From Octopus sinensis (lineage: Eukaryota): a stretch of DNA of 64,000 nucleotides. The stretch spans positions 60,140,001 to 60,204,000 of the forward strand of contig NC_043000.1 of NCBI RefSeq assembly GCF_006345805.1. The letters are read 5' to 3'. Below the pieces are notes generated by a model. That model saw nothing but the letters and a program-made list of their open reading frames with translations. It did not search any database and was not told the DNA's origin. Made by a program: the position numbers and the translations under genes. Positions 12,600 through 23,140 of the stretch are shown piece by piece; the first letter of the stretch is position 1, and every line of letters starts with the position of its first letter.

Positions 12600-14760
12600 T
12601 TGACACCTGAAAAACATGTGCAATGACAACTTAGATTAGAAGGAAATCCTAACATTGCCCCCAAAATGACCAAAAAATTGTGTGACCCAGTCTCGTTTCG
12701 GTGTTAATTTTTGTAGAAAAATAAGGTTGCTGTGCAAAAAACTTACTTTATGCTGGTAGCCAAAAGATTGCTCAATCTTTTGATATCTCATACAGTAATA
12801 TTGGCAACTCAGTTTCATGGCTACAAATTGGGTTATGTAGAAGTTGAAATAGTTCTTACCCATCCCATATTATTTGTCGATAACTGTCAATAACACATGT
12901 ATACATTAGCTTCCCTAATGTTCAAAAGTTTTATGAAATAAAAAACGGGACTTTTTGGGCTGTATGTATATGTACATATATGAGGATAGGAGTAAACAGG
13001 GTTAGTGATGTGGACAATTTGGCATAAATGTGTAGGGATGCTATGCTTCTTGAAAATCGATGGGTTATACTGGTATGCAGAGATGGGGCAGTAGTAATGG
13101 AGAAATGTATGGCTTCATGGCTGATGAACAGTGAAAGCCTAAGAAATAAAGTAAAGTATATTAATAGGTTGCACAAGAAAAGGACTTTGTTTTGCTTTTG
13201 AGTGCAAACAGGCAAAAATAAGCAATCGAGACTTAGGGATGTAAAGAAATTGATACTGAATGAGGGCGTAGAAGTATCCATATAGTAGAAGGTAAGGTAG
13301 ATGGAACGAAAGCTCCTTCATTGTGAAAAGTGTCATCTCTGTAATGTTTGGGCAGACTGCACTTCAGCAAATGTTCAGTAAAGCCGACAATGCTTCTGGG
13401 TAAACCAGGTTTTGCATGACTCCAGTTTTGGTAGAATGAATATACATGAGACCCTTCTTTGCCATGTTGTCATATATTGCAAATATACAAAATTTCATTT
13501 GCCAAAAAAATTGAAAGAATGACAATATGCACTCTCTCTTTATTTCTAATAAAACAGACACCTGTCCTTTTAGAAATAAGGGTGACTTCTAGCAAGAAGA
13601 TCACAGTCAAATTGAAATTTGAATTGTACACTTCATGAGCAAGTTTTTAAGTTTTAATATTTTATCTGTAATAATTTAAAGGTATGTTACAGATAATTTA
13701 TTTTCATAACTTCTCTGTTAGTAAATGTTTTTCTCACACCAATTTGAAGGTATGTTAGAGATAATTTATTTTAATAACATAATTTTCTGTTAGTAAATGA
13801 TTTTCTCTTACACAAACACTCAACAATTTTGATTGCAAAGTATTTAAAAAATTATTTAGAAATTATGAAGAGAAATGAATGACAGAATTGGACTGTTCAC
13901 ATTTTAAAACCAAAAATTTTTTTTAAAGATCAAAAAACTGGAAAGTTTTGGAATTAGGGGGGAAGGGGAAATATTTAAAACAAAAAGTTTTTATTAGATA
14001 ATCATATTAATTCCATTACACAGAAGACAAAATCAGAAAATTTTTGTGAAAATTCTTCAAAATAAAAAGTTATGAGGGGTTTTAGTACGCGCTTCAATCA
14101 GAACTCTGCCAACTTATTTTATTTTGTAATTCATGTTTGTGATGAGCATATTTAAAAACCTCATCTTTGATATAAACTTTCAGAAATTGTGTCATTTAAC
14201 TGTTGTTTTCTAGCAAGTTGGAGGCGATATTTGCACCCTCCACATTTTTTTTCAAAAACTAGGGTGAGGAGGGGAGAAATTAAAATTTTGAAGATGTAAT
14301 TTTGGGGCATAATTGTATTCTCCTATATTGAAAACATGGAAATCTGAAGAAATTTTTAAAAGAGAATGTGAAAGTGGGTGGTACAGAAAATGTACCAATA
14401 ATTGTGCCAAACAGCATGGTTTTTGGTCATTTTCTGTGTGCAGCACAGATACACTCATAACACTCCTTGTACTTTGTTGCATTTTTTGACAACAAAAACA
14501 TTAAAATTGGCTAAGTAGATTAGAAACAAATCTGAATATTGCCTGAAAATGACCTCTAAATTGTGTGACCTGGCCTCATTTTCGAGGTTATTTTTGTAGT
14601 AAAAGAGAGTTGTGCAAAAAACATACTTTATTTGGTAGCCAAAAGATTACTGAATCTTTTGATTCCTCATGTCAAAACTGGCAACCCAGTTTTCAAATCC
14701 ATAAGGAACCATACTCAGACCTACACAAACTCTGTTATATATATATATATATACATACAC
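12600..14760. mobile_element. Probable degenerate DNA transposon or MITE-derived region with two diverged direct copies of a ~185 bp module
   Basis: 12632-12816 and 14516-14693 are clearly homologous and both contain the palindrome CAAAAGATT-N4-AATCTTTTG. No intact transposase or TIR pair found. Confidence 0.4.
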
Positions 14761-15110
14761 ACACACAGTCCAAATCAGACTGATTCTACATCGTTCCTTA
14801 ATTTTAATTGAAAACATTTAAATACCTTTAAATAAATTTCTTCACTATCCACATAACCTAGACAGTTCGAAACCTACATTTTCTAATTAAACAAAACCAA
14901 AACTAATAAAGCCTACTAAAATCAACATTAACAAGAGACAAAAATTAGATTTAAACTGAAATTAGGCATGGCCAATGTACAAAGGCTGTATAATAAATAA
15001 TAAAAGCTCTTTTTTCCTGAACATGAAAACATAATCACAAACCAAATATTCAATTGGTAAAGATATGAGAATATGTTTTTTTCATTAATCCTGATAATTT
15101 TCTATGTCAA

Positions 15111-15141
<31 letters not shown>

Positions 15142-15899
15142 AATAAGGAATTAATTTTGCATACATTCTTTTTTTTTTATTGTTCCATTGAAAAGGAAAA
15201 GCAAAAAAGAAATTGCAAACATTTTGAAATGATATACGTTAGAATACGTGAGAAACTAATCTGAAATGTTTCACACAGATGCAGAAGACGTAGAACAAAA
15301 TAAACACAAGAAAATATTCTGTATACACAATATAAAAACTATGTTAAGTGTATCTTTTTCTCTTTTCTTCATGGTTTGCCTTTTGGTATCTGGTCATGTA
15401 GTGAACAGTAGTTAAAAAGTTGAACATGAAAAAGTACAAATAGACTGTGTTTCCTGTTAATACAATGCAACAATAAAACTGAAGAAAATATTCCTAATTA
15501 ATGATATGTGAATAACAATGGTGCTGCACATATGCGTACATATTCTGTCTGAGCCTGACTTTGTTTGAAAATAGAGTGAACATATCAAATTTCCTTTCGT
15601 TAGTGTGGACAAAATTGTGTGGTCGAATGCTCCCATATTTCACAATACAATAACTGATTGAACAACATTATAAAGAACACCAATCTAAAAAAATCTCATT
15701 CTCACGAACTAACAAAGGAGCTTTTACATGGTTACAGAAGCTGCTAAAAACAGCAGCTAAATTTCCTTCAAATTGCTTCTTACAATCTTAAAAGAAGAAT
15801 GTATTGGACAATGTGGTCCTACATATATAAAAATGGTCACAGCAGGAACATCTTTGACCATGAATCTGCTCAATTTGGGCTGACCTTGGATTATATATC

Positions 15900-16110
15900 A
15901 TCATCATCATTATTTAATGCTTATTTTCTGTGCTGGCTTTGACTGGACAGTTTGACAGAAGCTAGCAAGTCAGACGACTGCGCCAAGCTCAACTCTCTGC
16001 TTTGGCATGGTTTCCATGGCTGTAACCCCTTCCCAATGCCAACCATTTTACAGAGTATACTGAATGCTTTTTTACATGGCACCAGCAGCAGTGAGGTCAC
16101 CAAATAAGAC
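15900..16110 (-). mobile_element. Short repeat sharing the RTE 3' tail
   Basis: tcatcatcattatttaatg..ccatggctgtaaccccttcccaatgccaacc..ttttacatggcacc is homologous to 6398-6580. Confidence 0.7.
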
Positions 16111-17014
16111 AAGACCTCTCAAGTGAGGATGTATAGATGGGGTAGTATTGAGGGAGGTGTTTTTGTATTAGGTGATGAGAGGTTAGAGTACAAATAGAGG
16201 GATGGAAATAGGTGTCCTGCACTAAAGGAGATACATGGCTACATCAGTAGGAAAGGGAGCAAGAGAGAGGGGGTGGAGGTGAAAGAGAGGAGAGTAGAAG
16301 GAAGATGTAGTAGGGAAGGGTATACTTATGTTACAGAGAGGTGTCAAACAAATTAGACTAAAACTTTCACTTTAATTTATTCCTTCAATTACAGTAAATA
16401 TTTTTTTAACCATTCAACCACAAAAAAGAATCTGTTCATTTAACAAAAACAAAATAGCCATATTCCTACTAATTGGTTTCTCTAAGACTAAGAAAGAAGC
16501 AAAAATCTAAGGATGAAAAAAATAATAAAATACATTCCTTTCTCAATAAATGAATCCAACACTTTTTTAATACTAATACGTAGTTTACAAATTGTTTATT
16601 TTAGTAGACACCCAAAACAATAATACTGCAAAGTGATAAAGATTAGCATTTTCAAAAGTAACTGTCCATAGAAGACAGTTGTCAACAGCATAGTCTATTT
16701 ATATTTCTGTTAATATTTTCTGACATGAGAAAACACTAATGAGTAGATAAGGTTAGAGGAATTTGCTATTTAAATAAAAAAGATAACAAGTGTTTTTTTT
16801 GTTTTTTTTTTTTGCTTTTTTTTTATCATTTATCTGTGAACAACAAGAAAAGGCAAGAATTAACAGCAGCATGACATTTGATTATTTTCATCCTAAAGAT
16901 GTACTTGCTTAAAAGCTTTAATCTTTATCCTGAACTTGTTCAAATAAAATGCAAAATAATATAAATACACACACATCCCGTGTATGTGTATAGATGGTGT
17001 GTGTGTGTGTGTGC

Positions 17015-17060
<46 letters not shown>

Positions 17061-18069
17061 GGATTTATTTCCATTCAATGATGCTTTAACAGCAGAAGCA
17101 AGTTTTGAAATGGTCATTATGAAATCAGAATATTTAGCCGACATCTCTTCAGGCAATTCACGAAACAACCTTGCACATCTTTTGCAACTTGTAGGCCGAA
17201 ATCAATCAGTATTAATTTTTGTTGTTGTTAGCTATAGGTGAACTCTGATCAAGCAGACTTATGATCAAAGACGTTCCTGTCAGTGACCACCACATGTTTT
17301 AGTATAAGCAAAGCTACATTATCTAATGTGTCCTTGTTTTAAGATAGTATGATACAATTTGGCGAAATTCAACGACTATTTCTAGAGAGTTGTGACCATA
17401 TAAATGATCCCTCAACATTCAATATATGACAGACCTTGTACATAATCAATATAGATTCTCACAGATTTGATGAATGATTGTTTAATTAATGAATATGGTA
17501 TGGCCAGACCCTCAAATCATAAATATAGTCTATCCAACAGTTTCCAACAACCTAATTTCACTCACAAGGCTATAAAAAAAAGACACATATTTCTCCCAAC
17601 CCAAGGCAATGGAAGGAAGACACTTACTCAAGATGCTTTGAATAAGATCTGAAACCTTGTAATTGCAATGTAAACTTCTTAACCACATGTACATGTATCA
17701 ACATATCTAAAAAAGGATGGCTCATATGAGAGTTCAGTAATTTCAGTTACAATGTGGGATGGAGAATTTAATGTTCTAAACTCTTTCTCTTCATCTGAGA
17801 ATAAGGAAGAAAAACAGTGCTGTTGCTTAGGCTGTGAGTATGCCTTCACTCCTCATGAAAATTAAAGCTATTGAAGTTTCCTATGAACTTTTCAATGGAC
17901 TAGTCCTTAGGTGTTCTATCTGCTGCAAGTATGCAGACCAGGTCTCCAGTTTCAGAATAATTTCCCTACTGCTTCTCACAAGTTTTAGGGTCAAAAATTA
18001 GACTAAATAGTAAAAGAAAACAAAAAACTAATGGAGAATATTCCGCTTTCTTCATATTCTAGATCTTAC

Positions 18070-18168
18070 TCAACATAGTAAAGGCATGTATAAAAAATAT
18101 AATACCAAGTAAAATAATTTACATTGGCAAATATCCATTCTAGTATTTGATTGGTTACTTTATCAACT
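18070..18168 (-). CDS. Candidate 99-nt symmetric (phase 2-2) exon, aromatic and hydrophobic
   Basis: Strong acceptor ttttatcttttatttttccag and donor GA|GTAAGA. Open frame VDKVTNQILEWIFANVNYFTWYYIFYTCLYYV. Confidence 0.3.
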
Positions 18169-19244
18169 CTGGAAAAATAAAAGATAAAAATTACTTTGGC
18201 TGGATATGAACTCCTGATATAAACATGCATAACTAAATACACACAAGGCAATTTGTTCAACACTCCACCAATATTGTGCCTACCATAGTACATTGTCATT
18301 ATCCACACAAATTAATGAAGCAATTTGGCTTTAAAGAAAAAAAAACAAAACTTGGTTTACATTTCATCCTAGCATGATCGACAAAATAATAAATTATGCT
18401 GGAGTCAACTACAGGAATTATATTTCACACGTTATTACAGAAAGCTCCTTGTTCCTGAGAAAGAAGTTATTACCCTGCTGTCCATATGTGTGTATGTGTA
18501 TCGCCATTTACATACATATGCGATATGACAAAATTTTCCATCAAAGTAAAAAAAGACAGCCAGATATGAGATGTATCATCATCATCTAACAACTGCTTCC
18601 CATGCTGGCATGGATTGAACATAAAAATAAAATATGATCTATCTTAGACAATTTGGTCGTTAACAGCCCATAATCAATTTGGATTAAGAAATGACAAAAC
18701 AGTTATATTTGATTTAAAAGAGACAAGCAAAGCCTTCTCTTTTATGATCAGATCACATGTCTGCAGCAGCAGTAGCAGCAGCAGGAACAGTGGCAGCATT
18801 ATCATCTTCATGAAACCTTTTCCAATCAGTAAATGCTGGTGTTTAACTTGCATATTAGTTGCTAAGCAAAGGATGCAAAGTGCCATGCATACATTGAGGG
18901 ATGTCCATCTTTAATGAGATAAAAAAAGCACAGATCTGATCTTTATACAAACAACATAAATCTTCATGTCAGAAATGAAAGCTATTTGGATTCACTGTAA
19001 TGTTGTAGAAAAAAATAAAGAATGCTATTCTTTGTTTATAGCATAAGATAAAAAAAAAATGTGAAATATTACAAATAAATCTTGTACAGTTGAAGTTCAG
19101 TATGACATTTAAAACAATATTTCCCTTTGAGCCCTCAACTCCTGATGGAGTCATACAAATGCTCTTGTAACATATAGTGTACTTCAGGCATTAGAGACAT
19201 GGCAGAGTCCATCCTTCTCCGGGTCTGAATACTGCTGATTTCTT

Positions 19245-19246
<2 letters not shown>

Positions 19247-19278
<32 letters not shown>

Positions 19279-19330
19279 AGAGAGACGACAGACAGTCAGA
19301 CAGACAGACAGGCAGGCAGCAGACAGACAG
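19247..19330. repeat. Compound (TG)n(GA)n(GACA)n microsatellite
   Basis: Read directly from the sequence. Confidence 0.9.
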
Positions 19331-19339
19331 AAATATCAA

Positions 19340-19480
19340 TCCCAGCACTGGACTGGTACTTTATAGCCATCAAAGGATTTGTCCAAAGCTAATTTCAGCA
19401 GGATTTGAACTCTGAGTAGGGAGAACTAGAACAAATACTGCAAGGCATTCTATCCAGCACTAACAAATCTGTTAATTCAC
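19340..19480 (-). mobile_element. SINE family B, degenerate copy
   Basis: actggtactttatag..ggatttgaactctgag..acaaatactgcaaggcatt, homologous to 20481-20705. Confidence 0.65.
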
Positions 19481-20334
19481 CTCCATATTTTACAAATACT
19501 TATATCAGATTTCCCTTTATAATAATAATACTAATATTTTTCCTCCTTGATTCCATACAGAACTTTTACTAAATTATATATGATACAGGATAACAAACTC
19601 TTTAAATCTTCCTGCAGACAACCACTCTAATACTGGTAGCAAGATAAAATGCACCTAGTCTATGCTGTTAAGTTGGTAATAGGAAGGGTATCCAACCATA
19701 AATACCTTGCTTAAAAAGACTGAACGAACAAATAAAGGAGATTTAGACACTACAAACTGCATTGCAAGGGGCCTACACAAGAGAAGAGTAATTCCAAATA
19801 AGAACAGATACAGAGTATAGGGGAGTCTTCAGTCCTTCCATAGACAGACTCATTGGCACCAATGGCACATAAAAAAAAAAAGTACACCCTCTCTACATTA
19901 TAAAGTAGGCAAAACTTTTTTCATGCAAACAGAAAAAAGTGCAAAAATTATGATTACAAAACTGATGACAATGACAATAGTGATATCAGTCTTTACCAAT
20001 ATATCTCATAAGAATTAATGTGGAAATTTTTTTTCTTTATCCGTATTGACCAGAATTAGTCAATACTAACATTATTTTTTTTATAGGCAAGCAAAGTAAC
20101 AATAAAATATACTTTATTGTAATATTGTTTAAGCTGATGCTAAATCACTAAAACGAAATATGAACAACAGTGAGCCAAAGAAGTAATGAGATATGTAGTC
20201 ACTTGATGTGGTAGAAATAGCAACAAAAAGTCATACTGCATGGTCATACTACTTGATGTGGTAGAAATAGCAACAAAAAGTCATACTGCATGGTCTTTAA
20301 AAAAAAAGGAAGCATTGGTTAACATAATCTTTAT

Positions 20335-20975
20335 CTTTTATCTTTTACTTGTTTCAGTCAGTAGACTGTGGCCATGCTGGGGGACCACCTTGAAGAATTT
20401 TAGTTGAATGCATCAACCCTAGTACTTTGCATTTTTTGGGGGTTTTTTTAAGCCTGATACATATTCTATTGGGCTCTCTTATTTCTTTATTGCCCACAAG
20501 GGGCTAAACATAGAGGGGACAAACAAGGACAGAAAAAGGGATTAATTTGATTACATTGACCCCAGTGCGTAACTGGTACTTTATTTATCGACCCCGAAAG
20601 GATGAAAGGCAAAGTTGACCTCGGCGGAATTTGAACTCAGAACATAATGGCAGATGAAATACTGCCAAGCATTTCACCCAGCGCACTAACATTTCTGCCA
20701 GCTCACTCTTTTGCCAAACTACTAAGTTATGGGGCATGAACACACCAACACTGGTTGTGAAGCAATGGTGGGAGACAAACACAGATATACATACATATAT
20801 ATATATATACACACAACAGGCTTCTTTCAGTTTCCATCAACCAAATCCACTCATAAGGCTTTTGTCAGCCCAAGGCTACAGTAGAAGACATTTGTCCAAA
20901 GTGCCATGCAATGGGACTGAACCCAGAACCATGTGGTTTGGAAGCAATCTTCTTACCACACAGCCACTTCTGTGC
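20335..20975 (-). mobile_element. Full-length SINE family A copy interrupted by a nested family B SINE
   Basis: Family A tail at 20335-20480, resuming at 20706 through an internal (TA)n to the head near 20970. Confidence 0.85.
20481..20705 (-). mobile_element. tRNA-derived SINE family B (central GCCTTTCATCCTTTCGGGGTCGATAAA domain)
   Basis: Minus strand reads gagctggcagaaatgttag..gagttcaaattccgccgaggtcaactttgcctttcatcctttcggggtcgataaataaagtaccag. Flanked by a ctctt duplication at 20476-20480 and 20706-20710. Confidence 0.85.
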
Positions 20976-21404
20976 CTAGATATATATAAAAAAAAGATCT
21001 GCTCAATCAACAACAACATAAGCACAATAACAATAAAGAGCAAATGAGAAATTTCAGGGTCATTAGCTCAGTGGTAAAGTTTACAAAATACATCCAATAC
21101 AAATGTAGAGGTGACCACTGTTTTTGGTTGGTCATAAGTGGTCTTTATAGAACAGAGAGCTACTGAAATTGGAATGGCATTCAAAATATTGCTAAAATAT
21201 TCTCTAAGATATTTTTTCTAAATGAGAGAAAGCAAGTCCGAAATAGAAGCAGCTTCAAAATGACCAGTAAACAATCCTTTCTCCATATAAAATGTTGTGA
21301 CAGGCTGTATTTACTAAAGTTTTAGGATAAGGTTTTAGACCTTTGAATTGACTAGGTTATATTTAAAAATGCATGGTTCATATCTTGTAGGTAGCCTTTG
21401 TTTT

Positions 21405-21545
21405 GTTTTTGTCTACCAAATCCACCCACAAGACTTTGGTTGGCCCGAGGCTATAGTAGAAGACATTTGCCCAAGGTGCCATGCAGTGGGACTGAACCCA
21501 GAACCATATGGTTCGTAAGCAAGCTACTTACCACACAGCCATGTT
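21405..21545 (-). mobile_element. SINE family A head
   Basis: gtctaccaaatccac..gaggctatagtagaagac..gggactgaaccc..cttaccacacagcca. Confidence 0.85.
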
Positions 21546-21880
21546 CCACTGTTTTGATTATATCACTTACCCTCAGTATAACCTTAATACAATAAATAAT
21601 ATTGATTTCATATTCAGCACAAAGCCTCAGATTCTGAGGAAGAGGAACTCAATTATCTTGAGCTCAGAATTTGATTGGTGCTTAAGTTTATTGAACCCTG
21701 AAGTTGACTTAGGCAAGATTTGAATTCACAATGTAAATAACTGGAACAAATACTGCAAAGCATTTTGTCTGATGTTTTAACAATTTGACCACTTCATTAC
21801 CTGACAACTAATAATAATATCAACATCATTCATAATTCATTTATTCTCAAAAACTCATGAAATTTAGACTTTGTCAGTCT

Positions 21881-21884
<4 letters not shown>

Positions 21885-21950
<66 letters not shown>
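21885..21950. repeat. (CT)n(CA)n microsatellite
   Basis: Read directly from the sequence. Confidence 0.97.
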
Positions 21951-21954
<4 letters not shown>

Positions 21955-23057
21955 CACTTTTCTTCAACAGCTTTGACAATGTAATTGCAGTCAAATTTCT
22001 CTCGAACCAGAAAACATTATGCTGAAAAATTCAGGATAGCCATGGCTTGAATGCTTTTATCAAGGATAACTTAAATACGTGCCAACTTCAGATAGATACT
22101 CATCAATAATCATGGTAAAATTTATGACAGAATCAACAGAAGAAAATACAATGGTTGATTAAAGAAATTCCAGTTTGTTTGTAATGTAAATCAATTTCTA
22201 TTTCACAAAATGCAACTAAACTTCACATAGAGTTTCCCTATGTATATTTTAAATATCTTGAACATCATAAAGGAACTTTTAGCAAAATTCTTTTTTTTAA
22301 ATATATTTACACATATTTAAACAACTTAGAATTGATAAAGATTAAATAATTTTAAATGAAAAGTTAAGATTAAAAATATATTTGATGAAGAACAAAGACT
22401 TTTTCTTATGATTTATTTAATATTGTGCATGTTTTGTTTTGTTAGTTTTCTTTTCTGCTTCGCTGGAACAAGAATTTAATAAATTGTAAACTGTTCTATG
22501 TAATTTGGAATTTGGTGTAAAATATTAAGAGAAAAGTTTCTTATATTTCATTATCATATTTAGTTAAAGAACTGATAAAATAAAAAATATTAATAAAATA
22601 CAGAAAATTAGAAATAAGTTTTTAAAATAAGGCAAGCAAAAGAAAAACAGTGAGGAAATCAAAATATAAAATATTTACTGAATGAAAGAAATCTATTAAA
22701 AACCAATATGTTGAAGAATTGCTTCTTTTTTTTTTTTTTTTTGAAGAAAAATGACATGAATCAGAGGAATTTGAGTTATTGGTTACACATTTACATTTTG
22801 AACCAAATTGCTATCAATCACCAAGCTTTTGAAATAAAACAATGAACTGACAAAATATTGTTCCTTCAGTTATTATTAAAAAAAATTATGAGTAATTAGG
22901 TCATCCTTTTGTTTTTCAAGTTGGACAGTGAATCATCCAAAATGCAAATCAAAGTATCAACCTGATAACCACTTCTGGTCTGAATGAAGCAATGACTGGC
23001 AAATACATCTGAAGGATTATCTGCTTTACAAAGATGATCAATATATATATATATATA

Positions 23058-23140
23058 TGTGTAATCGACTTAATCCTTTTGTCTGTCCTTGTTTGTCCCC
23101 TCTATGTTTCGCCCCCTGTGGGCAATAAAAAAATAAATAT
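23058..23140 (+). mobile_element. SINE family B 3' end
   Basis: tgtctgtccttgtttgtcccctctatgttt..gtgggcaataaaaaaataaata is the reverse complement of 20481-20540. Confidence 0.8.

Noticed and set aside
12992-13380. Plus-strand frame ending CEKCHLCNVWADC, suggestive of a PHD or zinc-finger remnant of a transposase
   Set aside because: Several stops and no catalytic motif recognised, so it is too weak to call.
17060-17200. Protein-like frames on both strands (minus SCKRCARLFRELPEEMSAKYSDF; plus EASFEMVIMKSEYLADISSG)
   Set aside because: No convincing donor on either strand and no recognisable homology.
21061-21080. tagctcagtggt A-box-like motif
   Set aside because: No B box or tRNA stem structure follows.
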